Shown one piece after another: positions 21,854-36,029 of a stretch of 64,000 nucleotides of DNA. The notes below the pieces were generated by a model that saw nothing but the letters and a program-made list of their open reading frames with translations, was not told the DNA's origin and ran no database searches. Position 1 is the stretch's first letter. Every line of letters begins with the position of its first letter. This DNA comes from Euprymna scolopes. Lineage: Eukaryota. Position numbers and translations under genes: made by a program. The stretch lies in NCBI GenBank assembly GCA_053919585.1, contig CM132786.1; one strand, 5' to 3'.

Positions 21854-24751
21854 AGATTGTAAATTCAATAGTGACGTAATGACTTAGGATATTCTAGATA
21901 TCATTAAAAATCTTTACAGCAGTGAATGTCTTTGAGAAGCGCAGTCTTGGTCATTAGATATGATGATGTTACTCTGATAAATTAGCATCTTTTGCAAGAG
22001 TTATATATCCATTGATTGTTATATTGATTGAAAACTAGCTCGTAGATTTAGCTGTAACATCCATTACAACCACCTGGGATACCACAACATGACTGTGTTG
22101 TCCCGTTATATTATTAAAATAAAATTTAAAATAAAAAAAACTCATTATCCACCTAACTGTGGAATCATCACACGCTTAGCAATAAAATCTTTGTAAACTT
22201 ATGTTCTGCAATCAATTATATTGACTGAAAATTTTAATTTCAAACCGTGTTACTTCCTCGCGTACTCTTTAATCCTTAATTACATTTCAGTTCAAGACTT
22301 TACAATCCCCAATAAAACAAATGTTTTCCATGTCTATAAATAAAGGGTAAAGACAAAGTCTCAAAGTTGTTAGATTTAATCTGAAGACATCTTTCTCTTC
22401 TAATGGCCAGTCATGTGTTGGTTACTTGCGCATTGCCAGTCAAGAAAAGACTCTACATTCAAACACTTGTTAGAGGTCGTATTGAAAGTGTTTTTTTATA
22501 TAAACACTCTTCAAAATGAATGATGTAGGTATATTTAAAAGCGTTTAGACGTGCACCGGTGTAAACATAATCTAATTTATTTAGTTAACAGAATAAATAA
22601 ATAATGTCATCAAATTATATATAGTACATTACATTATTGAAACAAAAATAAATTAACCAGTTTTCAAATATAAACAAGGCTATAAAACAATAGCTGCAAT
22701 TCTTACATCATATTTACATAAAGAACTAGAATATAAAATATTTAATTAGACCAGGCAATTAAGGCAATTGGCGAGAGTTCTATAAAATAAAGCGCACCTG
22801 CACCTACTCCTTCTAACCCATGATTGATGTGGAAAAAGAAGTTATCGTGAAAGTATGTTTCATTAAACCAATTCGATGTGTGAAGAAAGAATATTCAAAT
22901 ATATCAATAAAATCTGACAATGCCACACAATTCAGCTAGTAACAATAAAAATAATACTATGCTAATAAGAAAAAACAGTGATGATGGATCCCTTATGAAA
23001 TTCAGAAGTAAATCCCTCATAACATATGTTGTTATAGAACATGTAAAAGATGTTTATAAAAAACACAGAATCTTGTAAATGCTTTACATTCATTTACGTT
23101 TAAAGGACATGCCGATTAGCTTCGTTGCTGCACTATAACATTCACACGTAAATACTTCAGTTTATAGATTGAAAAATAACGCTATAGCGACGCTTGAAGA
23201 TGAGCCAGAGACTTGAAACTGTTCACCTATTCACATGAATGAATTTGAATCGGAAAACTTTTTTTCAAATTGTGCTGAATATAATAGTTACGAAAAAATG
23301 AAAACTTCAATATATAAACTCGGTTTATCATATTTTATAAAATAGCGACTATAAAGACGGCAAAATGCACTTGATATAAATAGATGAATACACTTCTATT
23401 TTAAATAATGCGAAAGTAGACCTATTACAAACTAGCCTTGCACTTTCCTTTTTTTTGTTTTGCGATGGCTTTCGTATTACAAAATCTCCCGGTGGTTCTA
23501 TTTGTAAATTTTATTGTATGTTGTTATTTATTTAATATTTTGTAGGGTTTTTTATTTGTATATTCTTTCTTCCAACATTTATTTTACTGATTTAGTAGGG
23601 AACCTATTTTCAACTCCTTGTTTATATTTAGATGTTTCAATCGTTCTTCCTCAATTCATGATAATTGTATATACACATTGTTCAAATTTTACGATATACT
23701 AGTTATTCTTTGCTTACCATGTTATTTCGATAAAAGGAACCGTAATTACAAGGTAGATTTTAAAAGTATTAATTAAAATGTATATTCATTCAATAGAGGT
23801 CATTCCAAAATATTAAATATTATAAATATCGTTTAAATTTGAATCATTATCCAAGTATTTCATTTTAATAATTTCTTTTTTTTTAATCAACCTTATCGGC
23901 AATATATTTACGTAACTATGGAGATAACTCAAATTAATTAATGTTCACTAATTTCCCAATTTATCGACATTCAAAACATTAATATCTTAATAGTTTACTT
24001 TATCTTAGTTTACTTTTATATTTATTGTTCTCATATAGTCTACTTCATAGAAATCTCAGTTTAATTCGTCACATTTTTTAAAACTTTCTATTTCAATTTA
24101 ATTTCTTTTAATCTATCTTCGTCGGTTAGTTTCAAGATCTTGCAATCAGTTATGCAAGATATTTAACAATTGTTGTTTTATTGAAATTACTGAAGTTGTT
24201 TGTAAGACACCATTAATATTATTAACATTTAAATTGCATCTGTTTCTCTTATTAAGGTTGTAATTAATATAGCTTCAATTTGTTAAGTGGATGTATCAAT
24301 AATTTATTTAATTAGTGCACTATTTGCAAATCTTACTATAAAATGTACACATGCTTTCCGGCACTTAGATTTCACATTTAAAATCTATTCTAAACTCTTC
24401 CTTTTTTAAATAATTTTTATCAGGGTTTCGGCGTGATTAAAGGAATTTACTTTTCTGAAAACATCTTTGTATAGAATCTTATTTTTTGTTTTAAATTTCC
24501 TCATAACAATTCATTAGGTTCTATGCCTAAATTAAAAGAAAAATCACATGTTTTTGATTACATATTTTTAGCTATTATGGAGCTTTTTCATTCAAAATTC
24601 CATTAGTTTTATATTATATTATACTTTTATAGTATCCAATTGAAATTACTATTCATATACAATTCCCGACATGAGGCAATTGCCCTCTAATGAACATTCA
24701 GTAATAATTCTACGGTACTATTTTCTCCCAATTTAGTTCATCTGATTAAAT

Positions 24752-24767
24752 CCTATTATTATTATTA

Positions 24768-24817
<50 letters not shown>

Positions 24818-24852
24818 GTTGTTGATGTTGTTATTGTTATAGTTATTATTAT
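24752..24852. repeat. (ATT)n/(GTT)n microsatellite
   Basis: Directly visible. Confidence 0.95.
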
Positions 24853-25769
24853 TTTGTTTATTTTACAATTATTCGAACCTATTGGATTACTAGTTAGATT
24901 GGCAGCGGATGAGGATGAAAGTTAAGCTACATTCTTATAGATTATGTTACTTAATCTATTTTCTTGGGAAAAGCTCTTATCTATTATTTTGTAAATTCTT
25001 TCGAAATATCATTTTATATATCATAGATGAAAAGAAGGACCAAACTAAATTTTTGTTTGCGTCTAATTCTCTTATTTTTCATAGACATAAAATTATTACA
25101 TGCTTATCATTATATCGTTATTCGTTCTTTTTAATCTCATTGTTATTTTTATATCTAGTTTTATTCTTTTTTTCTCGCTTTTATTTTTGTGCTGTATGCT
25201 ATCGCGTAGATTGTTCTGTTATTACTATTAAAACATGTTTATATCATTTGATTTTTACTAAATATCTTGATCTAATTTCGACTTTCTTATGATAATACTT
25301 ATGCTTATCGAATAGCTTCTCATTTTTTGGTAAGCTTGATATTTTTGGATATAAGATTTTCAATACTTTATAGAAGATTAGATTTTGTGTTTATAATTTA
25401 TATAAAACAGTGTGCAGTTTTGATGTAATGCGGTGTATTACTATTGTCATTAAGAATTAGATTTATCTCTAAAAATTCACTGATTTGCAATTGCAATCTA
25501 GTACTATTTCTACCTCATTTTCATTAAAAACTAGTTTAATTGCATTTTCTTTTATTTTATAATTTGATCGCTTTAATTAACTAGAATAGCGCTGGATATA
25601 TTAAAACAAAAACTATGAGTGTATTCATATATGTATAATTAGTGTATTTGCCGTCTGAAGAATAGTTATTTTGGAATATATTGAATAATATGATATTGAA
25701 CATTGTCCAAAACACTAATAATCAATTGTACAGCATGAGAAATATACACAATATTATATTCTCATTTTA

Positions 25770-27098
25770 TATTTTGTTTTCCATATTTTGCGATATTATG
25801 TATTAACATTTAATTTTTGCGTATTATATATTAACATTTATTTTCTGGGATATTATATATTAAAATATTTTTTTTTGATATTATATACTAACATTTACTT
25901 TTTGCGATATGGTATATAACCATTTAATTTTTGCGATATTATATATACACATTTAATGTTTGCAACATTATATATAACCATTTAATTTTTTGCGATATTA
26001 TATATTAATATTTAATTTCTGCGACATTATATATTAACATTTACATTTGGCGATATTATATATAACCATTTAATTTTTGCGATATTATATATAATCATTT
26101 AATTTTTGCGATATTATATATAATCATTTAATTTTTGCGATATTACATAAAAGCATTTCATTTTTGCGATATTATATAAAAACATTTCATTTTTGCGATA
26201 TTATGTATTAATATTTATTTTTAAATATTATATATTAGCATTTAATTTTTGCGATATTATATATTAACATTTATTTTTTGCGATATTATATATTAACATT
26301 TAATTTTTTGCGATATTATATATTAATATTTAATTTCTGCGACATTATATATTAACATTTAATTTTTGCGATATTATATATACTCATTTAATTTTTGCGA
26401 TATTATATATAATCATTTAATTTTTGCGATATTATATATAATCATTTAATTTTTGCGATATTACATATAAGCATTTCATTTTTGCGATATTATATAAAAA
26501 CATTTCATTTTTGCGATATTATGTATTAATATTTATTTTTAAATATTATATATTAGCATTTAATTTTTGCGATATTATATATTAACATTTATTTTTTGCG
26601 ATAATATAAATTAACATTTATTTTTTTCGATATTATATATTAATACTTATTGTTTCGATATTATATATTCATATTAAATTTTTCGATATTATATATTATC
26701 ATTACATGTTTTCGATATTATATATTCGCATTTAGTGTTTGCGATATTATATATTAACATTTATTTTTTGTGATATTATATATTTACATTTAGTGTTTGC
26801 GATATTATATAATAAGATTTAATTTTTGCTATATTATATATTATTTACATTGTATTTTTGCGATATTATATATTAATATTACATTTTTGCGATATTATAT
26901 ATTATATACCTTTAATTTTTGCGATACTATATATTAATATATAATTTTTTCGATATTATATATAATCGTTTAATTTTTGCGATATTATATATTAACATTT
27001 ATTTTTTTTCGATATTATATATTAACATTTAATTTTTGCGATATTATATATTAGCATGCACTGTTTGCGATATTATATATTAACATTTAATTTATTCG

Positions 27099-27154
<56 letters not shown>

Positions 27155-27694
27155 ATTTCATTTTTGAGATATTATATATTAACATTTTATTTGGGGGATA
27201 TTATATATTATTTAGATTGAATTTATCCGATATCATATATACACATTTCATTTTTTCGATATTATATATTACGATTTACATTTTACGATATTATATGTTA
27301 TGTACATTTGGTTTTTGCGATATTATATATTACTATTAAATTTTTGCGATATTATATATAATCATTTAATTTTAGCAGTATTATATATTAACATTTAATT
27401 TTTTCGCTATTATATATTAACATTTAATTTTTGCGATATAATATATAATCATTTTATTAGTTTGATATTATATATTTAGATGCAGTGGTGCGATATTATA
27501 TATTCAGACTTGGTTTTTTGATATTATATATAGACATATAATTTTGTCGATATTATATATTAACATTAAATTTTTGCGATATTATATATAGTCATGTATT
27601 TTTTTCGATATTATCTATAAACATTTAATTTTTGCGATATAATATATTAACATTTAGTGTTTGTGATATTATATATTAACATTGAATTTTTCGA
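25770..27694. repeat. ~29-bp AT-rich minisatellite, ~60+ copies
   Basis: Consensus GCGATATTATATATTAACATTTAATTTTT, interrupted by (TA)n at ~27100-27150. Confidence 0.95.
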
Positions 27695-27699
27695 CGAAT

Positions 27700-27772
27700 A
27701 TTGGCTGAAGAGAGCTTGATAAGGATACCTTAAACGGGCCTTATTATCGGGCTTGAAACCGATGGTACCAAT
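27700..27772 (+). ncRNA. Type I hammerhead ribozyme with long stem II
   Basis: ATTGG-CTGAAGA-GAGCTTGATAA GG...CC TTA TTATCGGGCTT-GAAA-CC GAT GG-TA^-CCAAT. Stem I ATTGG/CCAAT is perfect, the 11-bp stem II has G.U pairs, stem III is short, and the triplet is GUA. Confidence 0.85.
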
Positions 27773-27849
27773 GATCTGTCTCAACTAACAACTTTCTGTA
27801 CACAAAATATAAATACGCTCTTACAATTCGGATTTTCCTTTTAATTGAG

Positions 27850-27936
<87 letters not shown>

Positions 27937-28088
27937 GCATTTGAAACTAACAATTTATATCCACTTACTAAGTTGCTTTGTAGATTTGTTGGTGTCATTA
28001 TACTAGAACGTTTCTGATTATTTTAAGATCTGGGATTATTATGCGTATATTTGAACTTTATCATTCTTCTTTTCTCATGTGTTATTTT

Positions 28089-28125
28089 CACTACGTTTCG
28101 GCCGATGTCCGACAGTCTTCAGATG
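28089..28125 (-). ncRNA. Minimal PLE-type hammerhead, probably damaged
   Basis: Minus strand CAT-CTGAAGA-CTGTCGGACATCGGCC-GAAACGTA-GTG. Stem III is reduced to palindromic ACGT, and the 5' arm of stem II appears partly deleted. Confidence 0.6.
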
Positions 28126-28449
28126 TATTTAGCTGAACTCGTGAATGTTTCTGTCGAACTCGGGGATTTGTGAGAAAATTTGAGCGGAACACATTATTTA
28201 CTTAACAGGGGCCCATGTTTTTTTCTCGGTACGGCATATCTCCATAAAAAACCTAAGTAATTACCAATTGTACTTTTTAGTCGCCCATACTTAGATTTGA
28301 ATATTCACCTTTCAGGAGAATATTACTTTGCACTATTGTTGTTTCAATATACTTTAACAACTGCGCCTCAGGTTTTTTCGGGCAATCTAATACGGATTTT
28401 AGGAGCCTTCAAACTTTTTTTATTACTAGTTTGATAAATCTTAATTTAT

Positions 28450-28514
<65 letters not shown>

Positions 28515-28520
<6 letters not shown>

Positions 28521-28682
28521 TTTTATTTTGTATTACCGTATCTTTCTGTTAAGTTACATTGTTGTTTCGGCTACACGGCCGTTTTTTGCGGGGGGGGGGT
28601 CGTCTGTAGCGTCCTCCGCCGTGTAGCCGAAACAGCAATGGAACTTAACAGAAAGATACGGTTATAAAGAATATAACGCATA
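28515..28682. repeat. Foldback with ~65-bp arms and GC-rich loop
   Basis: ACCGTATCTTTCTGTTAAGTTACATTGTTGTTTCGGCTACACGGC versus GCCGTGTAGCCGAAACAGCAATGGAACTTAACAGAAAGATACGGT. Confidence 0.9.
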
Positions 28683-28736
28683 CTTGCTCTACAACAGTAT
28701 TGACCAATGTTTTCAGTTTTTATTAATTACCATCTC

Positions 28737-28790
<54 letters not shown>

Positions 28791-30019
28791 TTAATTATTA
28801 CTTGTATATAATATCTATTGTTTATAATTAACGGTTCCAATATCGAATTTAATTCTATGCGTGTAATTGCTTATCTCGCAGCATACATGTTTTTTTTTTT
28901 ATTTGTGGCGTCTTACTCTTTATTTTTCTTCACTATGTTTAATTTGTACTTCTGCCCATAATAGTAAGTTGTATCCGTTTTCCTTTAAAATATGGTCAGC
29001 TTAACAAAATGTTTAAATCTCTCCGCGAACTACCGATTTCAAATTTTATTTAATCGATTTTACGTAACGGAATGTGTAGCTTTTGTATAATTTGCGATAT
29101 TTACATAGGAGTACATATAAACAGTTTTTAGTTTGGATGTTTTTCAGTAGGGAAGATAAACTCTAACACACTGGTTCGGAAGAGTTGAATACCAAGAGAA
29201 TATTGTCCTGATGCAATACTAATTAAATATTCCTTGAAGTTTTTCAAACAAATCCTTCATATATTACATGAAAACGGCGTGTAATATCATAGTGGTGTCC
29301 TTTTTTCTGTCTGAGCTATTTTTTTAGCTGATGTCAAACTCTGTGTGTAGTACTTTTACTCAGTGTTATCAGAAAAAAGGTGACTCCTTTCTTTACATTA
29401 TATGTGTGGTGAGAGTTGAAGTTTATGTGAAAATGGTCTTTTGGTATACATATAAAAAACATGCGCCAGTGCGAGTTATCAGCATATCTAAGAACGATAA
29501 TTGTCGTCGTGTTCTTTTATCCATCGTGAATTGTATAGTCAGACAAAACTAATTTTTATAATCTAGCAGTATTTAAATGTAATTTGAACCATTATTCAGT
29601 CATGTCTGGCGGAAAAGAACATGTTGCGCCCGTTAACTGAATAAAGGGTGCCATTCGAAATCTAGTCCAAATTCCCCAGGTAAACAGATACGTTCTAGAG
29701 TTTGACAAGCTATACCTGAATATCGAAAAAGTGTTGTTGAAATAAAATACCAATTAGTACAGATAAGTTGTACTAATACTAATTATTTAGTAAACAATGT
29801 GTTTGCTTTTTTAGCGAGTTTTTCATGTTTTAATTTGTCAAGGAATACTGGGTAGGCATTTTAACATTTTTTTTTTTGCTGGCGGCCGTAGGTATTGTTT
29901 TGCAGGGTGGGGATGTTAAATCCTATTTAATACTTGGATATTTTTAGATTCTCATGAAAAAATGTTCATTTCGTTGGAAGGTTATTTTATTTTACGAACA
30001 GATTGATTCATCAAAAAAC

Positions 30020-30575
30020 TATTAGCTTTAGAAGACAGTTCATACGGAATTTTCAATCGATAAACACCTAAGGAAACAGATCGCAATATCAACGAATCTT
30101 TTGGCCCAATTACAACTACTAAATGTAAAGCACAATAGTGGTTTAAGAAATTTGGTTGCGGCGACGAGAGTCATGAACCTAATGAGCGGAGAGTCCTCAA
30201 TGTTAATGAAACAATCAACACAATGCGTTCGAGAACTTTGTTACAAATTACATATAAAGTATACGAGAAAGTTTTACCATTTTTGAGAAAGGAAAACTAA
30301 AAAAACTTGATAAATTGGTGCCTCACGAATTGCACGACTACCAAACGCACGCTGCCATGAAGTGTCATATTCCCTTCTCATACGAACAAAGAGCGACACG
30401 TTTCTCACCAGATTATGACTTTCGATGAAAACTGTTTTATTCATAATGCTCAGTATAGTGGTTAGACGTCGGCGAAGCTCTACGAAACTTCCTGAAATCA
30501 GAGTTGCATCAAAAGACGGTCATAGTAACTATTCGGCTGTCTGCTACCGGAGTCATCCATTACAATATTTTTCTC
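30020..30575 (+). mobile_element. Decayed mariner transposase (N-terminal two thirds)
   Basis: Fragments ETDRNINE, LVPHEL (WVPHEL motif, ~30315), FL..IMTFDENC (TxDEKW), HQKTVIVT...GVIHYNIF. Confidence 0.8.
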
Positions 30576-31449
30576 TCGTTACTTTCCGGCGCTTTTGCAT
30601 TTTCTATCGTTATTATTTTTTCTTCTGGTGTAAAAGTTGATGATAAAAATCCCAGCTTAATCTGCAAGCCATTTAACAGTTTCAGTTCTAATTTTACTAC
30701 TACGTATTTTTCTCTAGGTCCATCTACGTTTTTCATTTGATCTAGGTTTCCTGGCCGTTTCTATTATTCTTTTCGTTTTTGTAATACGCCGCTTTGAGGC
30801 CAATTTTTCATCAATAGTTACAAGTCTTATTTCATTTTAGTAGTCTGTTGCCCGAAGTTGTCTAACGCAAAGAACTCATGGGATTCGGGATAATATTTCT
30901 TCTTCTTCTTTTTCGAAAGGGACTAATATATTATCGAATGAACGAACATCTTTTTGACTTTCTTAAATTTTCCCGGGGAATTGATTTTTTTTTGCTTTGT
31001 ATTTAATTCTTTTAATATATAATACACAAGGCTCCTCGATATTTCTGGAGATACTTTAAACACTGATTGCCCGCTGGCAATCCTCGGACATTCTTTCAGC
31101 GTTCTTGCACATAAGATTTTCCCCTGTAATTATTTTTTATTGTAACTAACGATTTAATGTGTATGTATGTGCGCTCGTGTTTGTGTGTGGAAAAAGAACA
31201 GTGCATTGAAATAATATAGAATGACCAGAAATATTACCCTTTTTTACCGTTTTCGAATTACTGTTTTGTAGATTTCTGATTTTAATTTTCTCAAACAAGT
31301 CAACGTAAAAAAATCTGGCAGGTTCTCCTTTTAAATACCTTTTTGAAATGGTATATAGAACTGTGAGTTTTTCTCGTTTTACCTTCAGTTGTCATGATAA
31401 CACTGCGTTTTATTTTTGTTTGCAAGTTTTTATTGAAAAACTAGCATGT

Positions 31450-32750
31450 TTTAAATAACATTTACATGGAGATTTCTTACATTTTTGGTAGATCAGTTGA
31501 TAATGGACCACTGGCATATTTTAAATTCAGATTTCTAGTGTGGATTCTTAAATCGCAATCCGTCAGACCTATAGGTTAGAAAAATACCACAGTTGCAGAT
31601 ATAAGGTCGAACATTGTTTATAAACAGATTATATCAAAATTATCTCATTCACAAAATTTTCAAACTGCAGTAAAAGTTTTATCTTTTGGAGTTAGAACGA
31701 CTAAGGGAGCATTCTTTTGTGAAATATACTAATGACAATTTCCAAGTTCAACTGCAAGCCGTTAGATTATATAAGGTCATGTATGAACAGATAACTCACC
31801 AATACGCCAAAAATATTTAATAATGCCGATATATTTTTCAATTGCATATCGAGGGACTTCTTCGTTTACCTACATTTAAAGGAAAACATAGTTTAGTCAG
31901 ATACAATATATATGTATTTGTAAACTTATTAAAGAGGTTTAAAAAACAATTCTGAACATTGTGTACATATATCATCGTATTGGGCCAAATATTTCTGATT
32001 GGTTTAAAAATCAGATTCATCACTTTCATCAGTTTCAAGCAAAACATGGGTCAGTTAATGCATGTTTGTTCAGAGAGACGTTCATATTGAATTGTCTTTC
32101 CACTTTGGATTTGAATTGAATGTAATTACCAAGTCTTGTTTTCGTTTTCCATAATTGCTATCATAAATCATTGCATCTTATGTCCTTTCATGCAAACACC
32201 GTCGGATAACTGTGAAGCTGGAAGGTAAAATGCATGTCAGCGCTTTATATTTTCCTTGTCTATCGTTATATATATACGATCTTGGAGATGTATGTAAAAA
32301 TCTAACTTTAGCTTATTTTTATGATTCGCGATATATAAAATTATTTCTACTTAAACGTTTCAAACATATCCACCGCAAAGTGATGGAAGAGATATTGTAC
32401 TTCTGTGAAGATGATTCCCAGAATTATCTCTGATTATAAAATATTACGGACAAAATTCCACAAATAAAATAATTTTTTTCCAAACTGTGGAATCCAGGAA
32501 TGGTATCACTCGTATATGTATGCAAATATTAGCGAATACTGAAAGCTGCCATGTGCGTTCATATACATGTTTCAGCATTTAATCTCTTGAATGAACAGTT
32601 ATGTCTGTATTACCAAAATTTCATCAACTATAATATGAACTTGTTATGAAAAACTGTTATGGCCATGGGAGAGGAGTATGTCTTCCAATCTGAGAAAGTA
32701 GAACCCCCTCGAAGTTAATTGAAAAACTTACTTGATAATACCTTTGACAG
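31450..32750 (-). mobile_element. Decayed P-element/THAP9-like transposase (tentative)
   Basis: Minus-strand fragments in the expected order: IIVDEILV (~32625), LIFKPIRNIW (cf. HLxKxxRNNW), TKLCFPLNVGKR (cf. KxLxPxNxERQ), GPLSTDLP (cf. TDPLE). Confidence 0.45.
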
Positions 32751-33147
32751 ACCCACAGCACGCATATAGAAGATTCGTAGAAAAATGTACCCATTAAAAA
32801 ACGGATTATATATTTTTCTGCATCAATAGGGTGTGAGAAAAATGTTGCGATGCAAGTCAGACGGAGAAAGGAAATATCCTTAGCTGTAGCAAATATTTAA
32901 ATCGAGACAACTTTACTCCAGTTGAACAAATCACATATCATTCAAGCTTCGTTTGCATCTGATTGCAACTAAAAAACTTGATTGATTTATTGATAAAACG
33001 ATTAGTATTAGTTACGTTCTCATATGTTTTAAATAAATCAATGGGCAGTGTAATCTCCTTGATAATAAATAAAATGCCAAACCTTCGTGAATATAGAATG
33101 CATTTGAATGAAATTTGGCGAAATAATTAACCTCAAAGAACACTTTG

Positions 33148-33207
<60 letters not shown>

Positions 33208-33429
33208 GCGTGGGTGGGGGTGTATAATTATGTGTGTGAGGCTATTTACGTATGTATGCCTCTTTGCGCGATGTGTATATCTAGATCAGATAGATTTATA
33301 GCCCATAGTCAACTATTTCTCTATATAGACATGCATATTTTTTCTCATGGTCGGCCCTTACAAAGTATATCGCAACCTTGTTTAAGAAACGTCGATTTGG
33401 ATTATGTCTAGGAAAGATTATATGTAATT

Positions 33430-34680
33430 TGTTTTTATCAAATTTAAATTCCTTCACATCAGCCAGGGAATCAGGCAGTAGGAAGGCAATGTTAAAGTCT
33501 AGCTGTTCGCGGGAGGAAACTATGAGAAGGAAAGCTTTCTAGCAGTTACTGACACCAATAATGAAGAGCTTGATAACTTGTTGCTAAGCTTGTTTGTCAA
33601 GAATATGTACGTCGTGGGGTAGAAGTGAGACGACTTCATAAGACCACATTCCATTAAAACATATGTAAAACAAGGAAAGTGATGCAAGCTTGTGGCGATG
33701 GGACAGGGGCTTCTGTTTAGATGATGAAGTGGGATTGATTACATTGACAGCTCTTTTTTAGACCGTTTCAAAGAGGAATACGTTAGTCGTAGATGTAACA
33801 GCCCAGGTGTGACAATAGTCCTCCATGCATGGCCTTGTAGATGTACAGGGTACTTTAAGGTGTGAGAAATCTTCTAGCCATGCGATGGAACTCACCTTCC
33901 TTGCAGCAGCTTTTACCCTTTATGTATGTTTTTCCAAATCATAATGCCCGAGAATGAATTTAGAATTCTAAGGTAGGGTGCTATTTGTCATTATGTAGGC
34001 GGTTGAAGAGGTGTATTCTAATTGTTAAAAAAGAGCCGCTTAGTATTATTAGAGTTCAATATTACGACCAATTAGCGTCTATAATCTGGAGGTCATTTTC
34101 TTACGATCCTGATATTCTGTTGGATTTATGTACACCTCTTCTTTCCTCAATCATATTATAGAGCCCTGCAAAATCCGGATATATACCCATGTCGGGAACA
34201 ATATCATCAGGGAGGTCGTTTATGCATATCAGAAATTATAATAGTCCAAGAATCGATTCCTGGGACACTCCCGCATTAATGTTATGTTGCTTGGATTACC
34301 TCGTCAATGACAACATACATGCTTCTATTGTCTAAGAAAGATTAGATTATATGTAGTATATGTCCAGTTATACCGAACTATTTAATTTTCATTAGCAGCC
34401 CTTGTGGTAGACTTTTTTAAAGGACTTGAATATATTAAGCGCTACAGCCCTGGCTTCGCCCACCTAATCCAGTAATGGTAAATACGTTCAGAGATGATTG
34501 TTAAAATATCTGCAGTAGAACGTTATTGCCTGAATCCATACTATTTATCAGAGAGAACATTTGCTTTTGCAAGGTGATTTACTTGTTCTTGATTAATAAT
34601 GGTCTCAAAGAGGAGGAGCAGAGTAGTGAGGTGGTAATTGAGAGGGTGTGTTTCTTCACCAGAAATATTGTACAGAAGAC
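33430..34680 (-). mobile_element. CR1-group non-LTR retrotransposon RT/3' fragment, copy 1
   Basis: Minus fragments NYHLTTLL, DK*YGFRQ*RSTADILTIISER, AVALNIFKSF, NAGVSQESILGLL*FLICINDLPDDI, RPCMEDYCHTWA, LSHRH. Homologous to 37060-38095 and 57700-59440. Confidence 0.8.
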
Positions 34681-35992
34681 AATGACGTACGTTCACAAGT
34701 AGAGTAATAGTATCGGGTATATGAGCTGGTGAATTGACTTAGTCGGCTAACTTTCCGTAAGTATTTGATTATTCAGACACTAAACAAGATTTTCATGGTG
34801 AAAAATTACGGAATTCTTATGTATAACACTCGGTAGTTCTTAGACCAATATTCCTACGTTTTAACGGAAAATGGTTGAATAGTTAAAAGATGATATTTTA
34901 ACATTAAAGTAACACACATCGTTCTTCATTACTGTTTTATTTTGCATAATTATCTATATATTTCCATGCAGTTAGTTATGAATTAAGTCCCGCATCTTTG
35001 ATTTTTATTTATGTCTACTACAAGGTTCGTATTTGGTAGGGTTTACCCCTGCCATTATCTGACAAAGAAAAGATAATGTTTCACTTTCAATCGGCCGGAT
35101 CCATTCAAGCGGAATAGAAAAAATAGGACGTATTACTTTTTCAACGGACTTTTTCCACATTGCTTTTTATTATATTCCTTTTACAATTTCATTGTCATTT
35201 CTTGCCGGAATTGTTGGATTTCGGCGAGAAATCTGTCACATATAGCAGTCTTGTAGATAGTAAAAAACGAGATTGAATCACTGAACATTATTAGATGGAA
35301 GCGAGAAAACATCAAGTCGCTTTAAGCCTATCTCTTGCGTCGGAATATAATGTTCGATGAAAACGAGATTTTCGCAATGGCGCTCATAGCGGCCGGGGGG
35401 AAGAGCATGGGTTGAGAACAATGGGGCAGGTAACTGACAGTAATTTATGACGTCTGTCGGAACTGATCTTGTCAATTACCTTCTGATACTATTCTGGTCA
35501 GGAAAGATCTCATAAAAGAAAATCTCCTCCGGCTCATTCCTTTTTAGCTTTGCTAATTCTTTGGCATTTCACGAAAGTGCTATTAAGAAAAGCAGGACAC
35601 TCTATTTCCTACCGTAGATAGAGGTGAACGATAACCCGATATATCCACGAAATCGTTTTTCTTTTTTACTTTGCTTATATACCTTTAAAAGATATGACGG
35701 TGATCAGTCAAACAATACGTTAAGAAATGCATTTTATTCCAAAGATAAATCAAAAGACGAGATGCAATTTGGATATTAAAAATGAGCGCTTCTATCGGCA
35801 AAGTTTAATCTGGAGTAATGCGTATAAGAGTTTGATTTAAATTTTCGTAGTACGTAAACTATACTATGAGTAGGTAATGTCATGATAATCGTACTCTATA
35901 GTTAATATATGTGCGCGTTTATATTAATTTCTAATTATATATTTATTATTTTCATATATATATATATATATATATATATGTGCGTGTGTATG

Positions 35993-36027
<35 letters not shown>

Positions 36028-36029
36028 GA

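Noticed and set aside
25770-27694. CRISPR-like array
   Set aside because: Contiguous monomers without unique spacers, no cas genes, eukaryotic context.
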